A DNA stretch of 64,000 nucleotides, taken from NCBI RefSeq assembly GCF_018350175.1, contig NC_058371.1, positions 112,282,001 to 112,346,000 of the forward strand. The letters run 5' to 3'. Positions 51,358 through 63,306 of the stretch are shown one piece after another. The position numbers and the translations under genes are program-made. Each line of letters starts with the position of its first letter. The stretch's first letter is position 1. This stretch comes from Felis catus. Taxonomy: Eukaryota. Under the pieces are notes generated by a model. It searched no databases, was not told the origin of the DNA, and saw nothing but the letters and a program-made list of their open reading frames with translations.

Positions 51358-51627
51358 TATCATATGTTTTGTATGTAGAGATATATTTCCATGTATGTGA
51401 TCGACAGAGGCATTCCTTCACTAGATTCTATTTTCTTTCATCTGACTGGCCAGTCTCTGACTCCAAATCTCTGCTTGGGAGTCTAGAATTTAAACTTCAG
51501 GAGTTTTGGCCATTAGTGAAAATTTTAGAATTTCATACATGTAATTCCATGGAAGAAATAAAGTGGTTTGGAACAATTGCAATACACGAACATTGTATTA
51601 ACTTCATTGTTTCATGAAACATTTGAA

Positions 51628-51840
51628 ATTTTTTTAAGTTTATTTCTTTATTTTGAGCGACAGAGAGTGTGTGCGTTGAGTGGTGGAAGGGCAGACAGAG
51701 CAGGAGAGAGAGAATTCCAAAGAGGCTCTGCACTGTCATTTGGAGCCCACCCTGGGGCTTGATCTCACAAAGTGTGAGATCATGACCTGAACTGAAATCA
51801 AGAGTTGGACACTTAACCGACTAAAGCACCCAGGCACCTC
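51628..51840 (-). mobile_element. CanSINE (SINEC_Fc3-like)
   Basis: Head and tail; TSD core TTCATGA. Confidence 0.93.
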
Positions 51841-52263
51841 TTCATGACAAATTAAAGGAAGGTGGCAAAGATGATGTGCAAACACTGGGGTTACCCTGAA
51901 ACTTCTCAGAATTTTTAATTGAAGAATTTATAAAATATGTATGTTCTGAAATATTTTTAAGAAAGCATGGGATATCATATCACATCACATTAATTTTCTA
52001 AGTATCTCGTCAAAGTATAGAAACAGAAATTGTCACATATGCTAACAACGTGCCATTGGTTTTCTTGACAAAAACAACCCTCCCTGAAATCAGCTTCAAA
52101 TATTAAATATATCACATCTCTGCCTGTATTTCATTGGTAACTCTGCCATTCCTGATTTTTCCCAAGTATCTAGTCCTAGCTTTACAGATAGCAACCGCTT
52201 GTGGTAAAAAGTTATGTCAAATTAAAGCAAATAAACTGTACTTTTAAATGTTTATCTCACTAA

Positions 52264-52461
52264 GGGACCTTGGGTGGCTGAGTTGCTTGAGTGTCTGAGT
52301 TTGGCTTAGGTCGTGATCTCACAGTTTGTGAGTTCGAGCCCCATGACGGGCTTGCTGCTATCAGTGCAGAGGCTGCTTTGGATTTTCTGCCCCCCCCCCT
52401 CTCTGCCCCTTCCCTGCTTGTGCTCTCTCTCAAAAATAAATAAATCTTAAAAAAAAAAAAG
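52264..52461 (+). mobile_element. CanSINE (older)
   Basis: Head and tail; TSD core TATCTCA. Confidence 0.93.
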
Positions 52462-54080
52462 TATCTCATTCAGATTTCCAGTGAGTCTCCTTTACCTTTT
52501 GTATGGGTTTACTAGGCCTGCTGTAGCAAAGTACCACAAACTGGGCAGTTTAAACAACAGAAATTTATTGTCTCACAATTCTTGGGGCTAAAAGTCCAAA
52601 ATCAAGTGTCAGCACTTGGTTNNNNNNNNNNNNNNNNNNNNNNNNNNNNNNNNNNNNNNNNNNNNNNNNNNNNNNNNNNNNNNNNNNNNNNNNNNNNNNN
52701 NNNNNNNNNNNNNNNNNNNNNNNNNNNNNNNNNNNNNNNNNNNNNNNNNNNNNNNNNNNNNNNNNNNNNNNNNNNNNNTGAACTCATTTTAAGTGGATTA
52801 GCTCTGTAAAAATCCTACTTCCAAAGAAGGTCACAAAGAGCTACTGGGGCATCAAGCTTGGGAAGATGGTGGAGAAGGAAGACCGTCAGTTCTCCCTGTC
52901 CTACCTTTACAACTAGATCTCATCCGCATCCCAGTCAATAAACCAGACAATGATCCAAAGACTGGCAGAACAAACTCCACAATTAAATATTGAGAAGAAG
53001 CTGCATCTGAAAGGTTAGAAAGTCAGAAAGGTGAAGAAGGCTGGCTGCAAGTAGATGGGAGCTGCACTCACAGAGAGGGCAGAGAAGTGGGGCCTTCGCA
53101 CCAGGGAGATCACACAGGGAAGACTAATCCCCATGAAGTTTGGTTTTAAAAACCAGAGGGGCTGAGTTCCGTGAGTTTCTAAAACCAGTGGGACTTGAGG
53201 TCTGGAGACCTAAAGTCAGCTGACTCGGCACTCGGCAAGCTGGGAGGGTGAAAGATATCTGGGTTGCTGCCCTTAAAGAGTCGGCAACCTGCAAAAAGAG
53301 GCACCATAAAAATGGCAGTTTACACAATGCCAGGGGCAAACGGGAGACAAATCTGTTCATACAGGTTTCAGAGCATAATGGAGAACTTATCTGAAAATGA
53401 GGGAGCTAGCGGGCACCGTCTCCTCCTATACCCCCAGCATAAATCCAGGGCCACCTGCAGGAATGGTGGCTGCTACCTAACCTGCTAGCAGTTCACAATG
53501 TCCATTCCATGCCTGTTAGCCTCCACCCTAGGCTCAAGGCAAAATTCCTCAGTGTGCGCTATGCCCAGCCACCAGTTGCACAGCTGCCACCGTGTTGCAC
53601 CCAGCCCCGCACCCCCAGCCACCATCACAAGCTGGACCAGCCGTGCCCAGCCATCACTATAGCTAAGCCCAGCCTCACACCTCTAGCTGCCTCAGCACTT
53701 CAAGGGATCTGACAGAGGACTAGTGGCCCAGCGCAAACTTTGCCAACACTACCACTCCACTCCCAATTTCCCGAGCAGGCGTGACCCCTCAGCGCTGGCC
53801 TGCCTTGTTCCCACTAGCACCATATGGAGCAAGCGCCACCCACGATGGGCAGAGAGTCAGTGTAGATGAAGGCACTGAAAGGAAAAGTGACTCAGACAGA
53901 ACAGCAGGGTGTAAGGAACACACACAGGATATTCTCCCAAAGTGCCAAGTTCTGGTGATCAGGGACCACTGCACTTCAGGACACCCCAGGACCTCTTCTT
54001 CATAAAGTCACTACTTTCAAGAGGAGAAGACCTAGCTGACTTTCTTAACACAGAGAAACAGACACAGAGAGGCAGACAAA

Positions 54081-55210
54081 ATGAGGAGACAGAAAAAATT
54101 ATTCCAAATGAAAGAACAGGACAAGCCACAGCCAGAGGTCTAACCAAAACAGATATAAGTGACATGCCTGATAGATCATTTAAAACAATGATCATAAAGT
54201 ACTCACTGGACTTGAGGCACCTGGGTGGCTTAGTCAGTTAAGTATCTGACTCTTGATTTCAGCTCAGGTCATGATCTTATGGTTTGTGAGATCAAGCCCC
54301 ATGTCAGGCTCTGTGCTAACANNNNNNNNNNNNNNNNNNNNNNNNNNNNNNNNNNNNNNNNNNNNNNNNNNNNNNNNNNNNNNNNNNNNNNNNNNNNNNN
54401 NNNNNNNNNNNNNNNNNNNNNNNNNNNNNNNNNNNNNNNNNNNNNNNNNNNNNNNNNNNGACTTGAGAAAAGACTGGAAGACATGAGTGAGACCCTTAAC
54501 ACAGAAATAGGAAATAACATAGCAGAGATAAAGAGCCCAATAAATGAAATGAGAAACATGCTTGATGGGATGAACAGCAGGCTGGAAGAAGCAGAGGAAT
54601 GAATTAATGACCTAGAAGACAGAGTAATGGAAAATAAACAAGCTGAACAAAAGAGAGAAAAAAGAATTATATAAAACAAGAATAGACTTAGGGAACTCAG
54701 TGACTCCATCAAACATAATAGCATTCATATTATAGGAGTTCCAGAAGAAGAAGAGAGAGAAAAGGGTGCAGGAAATTTACTTGAAGAAATAATAGCTGAA
54801 AACTTTCCTAATCTGGGGAAAGAAACAGATATCCAGATCCGGGAGGCACAGGCAACTCCCACCAAGATCAACAAAAGTAGACACACACCAAGACACGTTG
54901 TAATTAAGTTGGCAAAATAACAGTGACAAAGAAAAAATTTTCAAAGAAGCAAGACAAAACAAGTCAATAACTTACAAGGGAAAGCCCATAAGGCTAGCAG
55001 GAAATTTTTCAACAGAAACTTTGCAAGCCAGAAGGGAGTGGCTATATTCAAAGTGCTGAATGGGAAAAATCTGCAGCCAAGAATTCTTTATCCAGCAAGG
55101 TTATCATTCAGAATAGAAGAGGAGATAAATAATGTCCCAGGCAAACAAAACTAAAGAAGTTCATGACCACTAAACCAATCCTGCAAGAAATGTTAAAGGG
55201 GACTCTTTGA
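54081..55210 (+). pseudogene. Disrupted L1 ORF1
   Basis: Coiled-coil peptide (INEMRNMLDGMNSRLEEAEE); stops, frameshifts and a SINE insertion. Confidence 0.88.
54214..54459 (+). mobile_element. CanSINE (SINEC_Fc3-like) inserted in L1 ORF1; tail in a gap
   Basis: Head; GACTTGAG duplicated at both ends. Confidence 0.9.
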
Positions 55211-55596
55211 GTGGACATAAGAGACCAAAAGTGACAGTATAGAGATAGGAAACACAAAAGCAGTAAAAATTAATATTTCTGTAAAAAAAATTGGTCAAGG
55301 AACTTGCCAAAAAAAGGGTATAAAATATAACAACCTATACCTAAAATGTGGAGAGGAGGAGAGAAAAGAATATGTTCAAACTTAAACGACCACCAACTTA
55401 ATGTAGACTGCTATAAGCAGAAGAGGTTATGTACAAACCTAATGGTAACCATATATCAGAAACCACTGATAAATATGTAAAGAACAGAGAAAGAAATCCA
55501 AATATATCACAGAAGACAATCAGCAAAACATGAAAAAAAAAAAGACAAGAAAGGATCAGAGAAAATCTTCAAAAACATCACAAAACAAGTAACAAA

Positions 55597-56280
55597 ATGG
55601 CTGCATACATATATATATTTATAATATATATAATTACTTTGACTGTAAATGGGCTAAACACTCCAATCGAAACACAGGATGACATCTATCCTGCAAATAT
55701 ATGTCAAAAAAAAAGCTGGAGTAGCAATACTTAAATTGGACAAAATAGACTTCAAAACAAAGACTGTATAATAATGAAGGGGACAATTCAGCAAGAAGAT
55801 ATAACAACTGTAAATATTTATGCACCCAACATAACACCCAAATACATAAAACAGTCAATAACAAACATAAAAGAACTCATCAATAATAATACAATAATAG
55901 TAGGGAACTTTAACACCCTTTACATCAATGGATAGATCACCTAAACAGAAAATCGACAAGGAAACAATAGCTTTGAATGACACAAGAAAACAGATGGATT
56001 TAACAGATACATTCAGAACATTCCATCCTAAGAAAGCAGAATACACATTCTTTTCAAGTGCACATGGAACATTTTCCAGGATAGATCACATATTAGCCCA
56101 TAAAACTAACTTCAACAAATTCAAGAAGATCGAAGTCACCATGCATCTTTTCTGACCACAACACTATGAAATTAGAAGTCAACCACGAGAAGAAATCTGG
56201 AAAGCACACAAATATATGGAGGTTACATTACATGCTACTAAACAATGAATGGGTCAACCAGGGTGTAAAACAAGAAATAT
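55597..56280 (+). pseudogene. Disrupted L1 ORF2 endonuclease domain
   Basis: ITTVNIYAPN, TIIVG.FNT and SRIDH..SDHN motifs; internal deletions. Confidence 0.88.
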
Positions 56281-56625
56281 TTTTTAAAGCACACATTGTG
56301 ATACTGGGGTTTAGGACTTCAACATATGGATTTGGTGGGAGCACAGAACTCAGTGCACAACACCATTTGCAAGGCCTTTCTCAATATAGAAAGTTCTTTA
56401 TATAAAAAAAATATAACACCTGAAAGAAAAATCAGACCACGTCTCTGGGTAAGCAGTGGGTATATGCATAAACAAACCCTCCATTGATTCATTCAAAGTT
56501 TGTCCTAGAGATAAACAACAACAGCAACAACAACAAAAACCTGTACTAATTAGAACTTTTTTGGTTGCAAGTGACAAAAAAGGCAATTCAAATTTGACTT
56601 AAACAAAAAGGGAATCTATTGGCTC

Positions 56626-57441
56626 TGCTAGTTAGGATGAGATGGGAAGTTACAGATTGAAGACCTGAAAGTTATCAACAGAAAGGAGAAGGGGGAGGGA
56701 CAAAAGCAGGAAAGGAATGTGTTTTCTTTTACAGAACCAACAGTTTTCTCCAGGGAAGTTAGGTTCTAGGTGTTTGGACTAATAGCCACTTGCATGAGCC
56801 AGTTTGAAGCTAAGAATCTGAGCAGAAGCCTCCCCCTCTGACCCCGAGTTACTCTAAAGTTACCGTTAGCTTATTATAGTACTAAGATCTCCTCCTATGG
56901 GTGGAGTTGTCTGCCAAGTTTTGAACATAAATGTATGCATGTTGATGCTAAGAATGTGCATTTGAACCAAAGTGCCTAAGTAATAGAATATGTATAAGTT
57001 CCTCAATGTGTATACAAGGTCTCAGCCTTTGCCCCTAAAACACTGAATAAAAGTTTCCAGGGACACTGGGTGGCTCAGTGGGTCAAGTGTCCAACTTCGG
57101 CTCAGGTCATGATCTTGCAGTTCATGAGTTCAAGCCCTGCCTCAGGCTTTGTGCATACAGCTCAGAACCTGGAGCCTGCTTCAGATTCTGTGTCTCCCTC
57201 TCTCTCTCTGCTCTACCCTGCTCACACTTGGTGTCTCTCTGTCTCTCTCTCAAAATAAATAAACATTAAAATAATTTTTTTTAAGTTTTCTGTACTAACC
57301 CCACAAGTAGACAGTGCTTTGAGAGCTATCTCCCTGTCTCCTTCCTTGTGACAAGTAACAAAAATTTCTGTTTTCAACACTTAGTTGCATTGTGTTCAAT
57401 TCAATGCAACCCAAGCAGTGAACCCCTTGAGTTTGATTACA
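56626..57441 (+). mobile_element. Solo ERV LTR (probably ERV1 class) containing a SINE
   Basis: TG...CA termini, 4-bp TSD-like GCTC/GCTA, interrupts the MLT1. Confidence 0.65.
57060..57282 (+). mobile_element. CanSINE (SINEC_Fc2-like)
   Basis: Head, CT tract and A tail; TSD core AAGTTT(C/T)C. Confidence 0.94.
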
Positions 57442-58758
57442 GCTATGGCAACTGAAAATTCTAGAGGTACAACTAGTTTGAGGTATGTCTGAATTCAGGG
57501 CTCAAGCAATGTCGTCAGGACTAAATTTTTCTACATTACTCAGCTCTGCCTCATTCATATTGTATTCATCCTCTCAGATTTAAGTTCATCAGGAGGAAGT
57601 TTTCCACAATCATCTCCAAAATTCTCTCTGTGCCTTATTGTCTCAGATTGTTATGTGCTCATGCTAATCATTGTGGCCAGGGAAAGGGGAAGCTCTAAGT
57701 CACGTATGAACTCACAAACTACACATTTTGAATCAGTGATGGAATCAATTCTAGCTGGGTAGATTAAAAATGGGGGAAAAATTGATCCTTAAATAAATAG
57801 CAAAAAGTGTTACCAGAGCTGGGCTAAATGGCTATTTAGTGTCAAAATCAACAAATATCTACTGCAGAGGCCCAACTGACAAACCCAGAAGTCAGTACGT
57901 CAATTTGGGGATAGTACTTCCTTACTTGTGTAAGACCCCCATAAATTCAATATTAACAATGGATTTTAAGAACTCATCAAAATTCTCATATAATGCCGAA
58001 TTTATCTGTAAAAGGAATACCAGTTACACTTCTGATTTTACATGCAAAAGCCTATATCAACTAAACCGCAGAAGATACCAAATAGTTTTTAAGAAATGGC
58101 CTTGATTTATTGAGTTTGAATACCAATGTGGCTCAACATTGCAGAGGACTTTGGGCAATAGATAAAAGGGAATAAGCTTAAGTGACACTAAGAAAGATAT
58201 TTCCNNNNNNNNNNNNNNNNNNNNNNNNNNNNNNNNNNNNNNNNNNNNNNNNNNNNNNNNNNNNNNNNNNNNNNNNNNNNNNNNNNNNNNNNNNNNNNNN
58301 NNNNNNNNNNNNNNNNNNNNNNNNNNNNNNNNNNNNNNNNNNNNNNNNNNNNNNNNNNNNNNNNNNNNNNNNNNNNTATCCAACTGCTACATTCACTGAG
58401 GAAAGATCAATATTTTATTTTAAAATGGGGTAAGAAAAAGGAACCTTTTAAAATTTTTATTTGAAGACCTAAATTAACAAATCTATCTCCTCTCAACTCA
58501 TTAAGACAGTGTCACATGTTAGTAAAAGTGGTATTTTGGGTATTCTAGACCATGTGAGCATGCTATGACAATTTATTGGTTGCAGGGCTCCTATTTCAAC
58601 TCTTATTGTTCACATATTTATTGAGTCATATTTAGGACCTAGGATCTGGAACATAATCTGTAGCTTTTTAGGTTAGAGATGAACTACTTTTGTTTTAATA
58701 TATTTTGTGAAATTGTTCCTTGGCATTATATAATTTTTTACTTTAAGATCAATCTAGT

Positions 58759-59197
58759 TGTTCTGCGAAAAGGAAGTCTATGCAAAGGCCCAATGAGCCG
58801 TAAGGCCCAGTGAGCCAAAAGACTCCAAAGGCCCAATGAGCCGTAAGACTGAAGAAAGAGGCTGTCAAGGCCAGCTTGACAAGAAATGGTTTCTTAAGGG
58901 GACTTTGGGACAGAAATGTGTTTTGGGGATGCTGAAAGATGAATAGATCTCCACACTCCCACCTCCTGTAAGACCTGCTTTAATACCCCTAGAAGATGGG
59001 AAGTACATGCTGTGGGACCACCCAGAAGGAAATGTTTGAGAATTATTGTATCTACAGAGCAGCTCAAGGACTTACTTAAGGGTGTGGTTAGACAGTAAAA
59101 AGGAACGTGAGAGGGGGGTTGTGTTCAAGAAGGCTTCAGGTCACAGAGCTGTCATCATGGTGGATTTGTTCAAAATGGCGTGAGTTTGGTTCATACA
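58759..59197 (-). mobile_element. Solo LTR with an internal tandem duplication
   Basis: TG...CA termini, TSD CTAGT/TTAGT, YY1-like GCCATTTTG near the minus-strand 5' end. Confidence 0.6.
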
Positions 59198-59828
59198 TTA
59201 GTACATCCTCTAGACTGTCTCGACATTTAGATTTGTCTGTCTCGCTTTTTTGCCAAGAGGGAAAAGCAAGTTGTGAGCCTAAGAAGCACAACTACCTCTA
59301 ACATTTTTAAATAAGAACTTTGGTCTGCTTTACATACAAATGTGTATCATCAAAAATTTTATTTCTTTTCTCTTTCTTGTATTGGGGAAGGGTCTAGCTC
59401 TGCATACCTCTATGCCTCCCCTCCCTCTCTTTAACTACCAAAGGAATTTGAAGGAAAGGAGAAAGAATCAGACTAGGCAAAATAACACTCTGGACGCTAC
59501 TTCATATGAAATGAGTTTCAATTATCAAGTTCCCTACAGTGCACACCAAAGAACCAGCTGAAAGTGGTTAGGAAGTGTCAGCAATTTTAAATGTGTTACT
59601 AATTATTTCTGTACCTCATCAACAACTCAGCACTTTTATTCTTGGTAACCATGAGTCATCCTCTTCATCCATTCATCATTTTGATTAACTTTTTCTATGA
59701 TGGTTATTTGCATGACTTTATGAGAAAAATGACCCAAAAAAGGCATTCTATCCTGGGTGTCATTCAGAGATGACAGGATGGCACTTTCCAGCTGCTTCTC
59801 TCCATTACCATATTTTGCCTGTTCTTAC

Positions 59829-59877
59829 TGTTTTGTTTTGTTTTGTTTTGTTTTGTTTTGTTTTGTTTGTTTTGTTT
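59829..59877. repeat. (TTTTG)n microsatellite
   Basis: Direct inspection. Confidence 0.95.
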
Positions 59878-60184
59878 CAGCGGGAGAACTGAAAAGTGAG
59901 TATAGTGTTGCTGAAGATCTGAGTCCAGGTCCGACAAGGTTTTTTTGATAATTTATGCTATATGAACTATATTTTGAACACTGTGCTCTGAAACCTTTTA
60001 AACACTGTACAAATGTCAGCAATAGATATGCACGATCATGTATATGCATAGGTTTTAATCCTATGATCCTTTAACACCAATGAGGTCAGGACTCCCATTG
60101 TATTTCTAAAAGCCTAAACTTAAAACTGCCTAAATCATAGGCTGCATTCAATAAATACTTCTTAAATAAAAAAATAGGTGAAAC

Positions 60185-60401
60185 GGGGCGCCTGGGTGGC
60201 GCAGTCGGTTAAGCGTTCGACTTCAACCAGGTCACGATCTCGCAGTCCGTGAGTTCGAGCCCCGCGTCAGGCTCTGGGCTGATGGCTCAGAGCCTGGAGC
60301 CTGTTTCCGATTCTGTGTCTCCCTCTCTCTCTGCCCCTCCCCCGTTCATGCTCTGTCTCTCTCTGTCCCAAAAATAAATAAACGTTGAAAAAAAAATTAA
60401 A
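60185..60401 (+). mobile_element. CanSINE, young SINEC_Fc type
   Basis: TSD AAAAAAATAGGTGAAA. Confidence 0.97.
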
Positions 60402-61259
60402 AAAAAAATAGGTGAAAGAACCAGTATTGTCAAAAATACAAATCAAATATAATAAGGAATTATTGCACTATCTATAACATTGAATTCTCTCCAGAAAGGA
60501 TGAATTGTATTACTAGAAGGCTATTTCTCAACTGAGCACTTTGATGAATGTCTAAATATAAGTTTGGAAGTATAAGGCAGAAAACATGCAATTATTTTCC
60601 AAAATATTACAGAATCCCTGAATGGAGACGAGGTAACCTTAGAGGTTAAGTGTCAATAAAGAGGAAGAGAGAAAACTCTGAACAGCAGCAGAGCCTTGAA
60701 GGGACTTGGAAGAACAAGAATCACTAAAATGGGGCTTTATAATTGTTTGCTTTAGAATATGCAATGTAATGAACGCTTCCTCTGCCTTCCTACAAAATAT
60801 TTAGTAAATTCTACACTTTTCACTAACGGAAGAATAGCCTATTGGGGAACTTGAGAAGTCTGTAGTAGCTGCTTGCCTCATTAGACATGTTTCTGGGTGA
60901 TGAAAGCTCACAAGAAAACAGGATTATGAAAGTGTAAACCTTTGAGTGGGAGTTTTTCGGAAATGTTGACGAGACTGTTGGCTTACCCAGGTCATCAGTG
61001 AGATGGTGGGCAAAGTTGAATTCTAGCTAGATCAGATGGTGCAGAAAAACCAAGCTGTCATCTGGACTCCATGCTGCCCACTCAGAGTGGAAGAATGGAA
61101 TGCCTCAGAGGGATAGGACTAAGATGCTCTTTGAATATCTTTTCTACTATGCAACTTTCAGTTCTCCATAAACTATCAGCTGATTACCATCAAAGAGCTC
61201 TGTGACACTTATCTTCTGACTAAGCTCCTAACAATTATCAGTATTTATAATTATTATGA

Positions 61260-61790
61260 TACGTACCATTTATTAAGGTCATACAACATGACAGGCATGG
61301 TGCTAAGACTTAACAAGTGTTATCTCATTTATGAGTATTTATCTATAATATTCCTCATGAGGTAAGAAATAGTATGCCTGGAACAGTGTAATTGATACAT
61401 AAATGCTTTTTCAATGAATGAATTAATACTAATAGCTGGTATTTACTCAACCCTTAGTATGTGCCAGACACTCTTCTAAGCACTCTCCATAAACTAATTC
61501 ACTGAATCCTCAATACAATCCCGTGGGGTAGATAATATTAGTATTCCTATTTCCATGGCACAGAGAAGGTAAAGATTCATAGAGTCATAGAGCTAGTTTA
61601 AATCTATGCAGTCTGCCTTTAAATTCCACCCTCTGAACCACCACCAGTCTTCCAAATGAATGATCTAAGACAAACAAGGCTGAGAAAAGTTAAATAACTT
61701 GTCCAAGTTCACCTATCAAGTGAGAGCAGACACAGGACTCAAACTCAGGCCTGGTTGTCTTCAAAACCCACACTCTTAAGTGTCTCATGC
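61260..61790 (-). mobile_element. Cluster of MIR fragments
   Basis: TATGTGCCAGACACTCTTCTAAGCACT; GGCTGAGAAAAGTTAAATAACTTGTCCAAG. Confidence 0.75.
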
Positions 61791-62096
61791 AAAAAAGACC
61801 AAAAGCATCAATTATAATGTGTATAATCCATTGTAAGTATAATAACTCATTACGAAATGGGTTCTAAACATCAGAGTCCAAATCTTCTTCAAGTTTCTCA
61901 CTAATCTTAGAACCTCTGGCTAAGACTTGGCAGCCTAGAAGCAGTGCCAAACTCTTGGGAACCAGTCAGGGCAGAAGTACGAGTAAGGTACTTTCTGGGC
62001 AAAGTCAGGGGAGTCAAAAGTACCCTACCAGTAAGGGAGGTCAAAGACCATTAAATTTGGCATTTTTTTGATTAAACAGGTATTCCAGCAGCAAAT

Positions 62097-62795
62097 CAGG
62101 GCTAGTTTCATGGGCACATACTCAATGCAGTCACACAGGGTTCCATACTCAGAAAATCCTTGCACTTAGAATTTAATATTCCACAGCCTCCATCTTGAAA
62201 TGACAATCTAAGGAAAACAAGGCTTAAAAAAGTTGAATAACTTGGCTATGCTTATCCACTGAATGAGATCATTTGAATTTGCATTTTGTAAATGAAATCT
62301 GGTAGCAAAATGGAGCATGCACAGAGCCTTGGAGCTTCACTCAGGAGTGGCCCACTCCTATTCTTTTCCCTGCTTCATCCTATGAATACTAACACCTTAA
62401 CCTTGGGAGAGGGAGTGCTCACAATCTGTTGTCATCTGCCCTCCAGCCTCAGGAAGGCCTAGGTACAGGTACAGGTATAGGTACAGGTATAGAAGGGTTG
62501 GTGTTAGACACATACCCCATGGAGTAGGTCAAGGCAATGACTGTCTTTACCCTGGCCTGGTAGAAACACAGAGCATTTGGCAGGTAACTTGACAGAGGTT
62601 TCTCACTCACTCCCACCCATTTCTAAGCCAAGTACCAAGTATATCTCAGAGTAGAGATTACAATCCATAGGAAGTCAGCTGCCCACCATGGACTGAGACA
62701 TGGGCCTGTGGGAAAGGGAGATTAACTTTTCTGCCCCTATCAGGAGCCCTACATTTTCATTTAGCCCTGGGTCCCACAAATTAAGTAACCATTCC
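62097..62795. mobile_element. MER45-family hAT-Tip100 transposon (long variant)
   Basis: CAGGGCTAGTTTCATGGGC...TGCAGTCACACAGGG and 3' end CATTTTCATTTAGCCCTGGGTCCCACAAATTA. Confidence 0.75.
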
Positions 62796-63306
62796 TTCAC
62801 CAGAACAACACAGAGCTTTAATTACATGGTTGGAAACTAAACTCTCAATTCCATTATCACCTAGCTTAGCATTAATATAGGTAGAAGAGTAGAAAGAGTA
62901 TTTTATAATTAGACTTGCAAATAAAAGAGAGGGTCTAGAATACCATTCTTTTACAACAGCTGTATTTCCATGGTAGTGTTTGATCTTTGCTAGTTTGTGT
63001 GTTTGTGGCAATTTCTTTTTACTCATATTCAAAATTCTTCAGAAAGATCAGCAGACTAGGAGTCAGGAAGAAAAATTGTTCTAGTTCCAACAGCATACTA
63101 ACTTGCTATGTGAGATTGAAAAGGCCTTTTCTGCCTTTTAGATTCTCTGAACTACAAAACAAAATAGATGAATTATGATCTGTCTCTGAGTTACTTTGAA
63201 CTGCAAGGACTACGATTTTGATTCCTACATGTTCATTCTTCAGAAAGTCACCTACTCATACAGTTTCAACAACCACCCACATATATATGTCTAAGAGTTA
63301 CAGCAA

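Larger units (their letters stand above)
52850..56287 (+). mobile_element. Carnivore LINE-1, 5'-complete and 3'-truncated (5'UTR, ORF1, ORF2 endonuclease region)
   Basis: AAGATGG YY1-like 5' end, GC-richer 5'UTR, ORF1 and ORF2 peptides (TFFSSAHGTFSRIDHIL). Confidence 0.95.
52500..56362 (-). mobile_element. MLT1B/C-like MaLR solo LTR split by the LINE-1 (parts 52500-52849 and 56288-56362)
   Basis: TG...CA ends; AAAGTACCACAAACTGGG...AACAACAGAAATTTATTGTCTCACA and TAGGACTTCAACATATG; 5-bp TSD CCTTT/CCATT. Confidence 0.88.
56542..57830 (-). mobile_element. Old MaLR LTR (MLT1K/L-like) split by a younger LTR
   Basis: TTTTGGTTGCAAGTGACA...TTAAACAAAAAGGGAATCTATTGGCTC, resuming at GCAACTGAAAATTCTAGAGGT. 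Confidence 0.7.

Noticed and set aside
58783-58847. CRISPR-like repeat-spacer pattern
   Set aside because: There are only two full copies, the spacer is a partial repeat, the context is a eukaryotic LTR and there are no cas genes.
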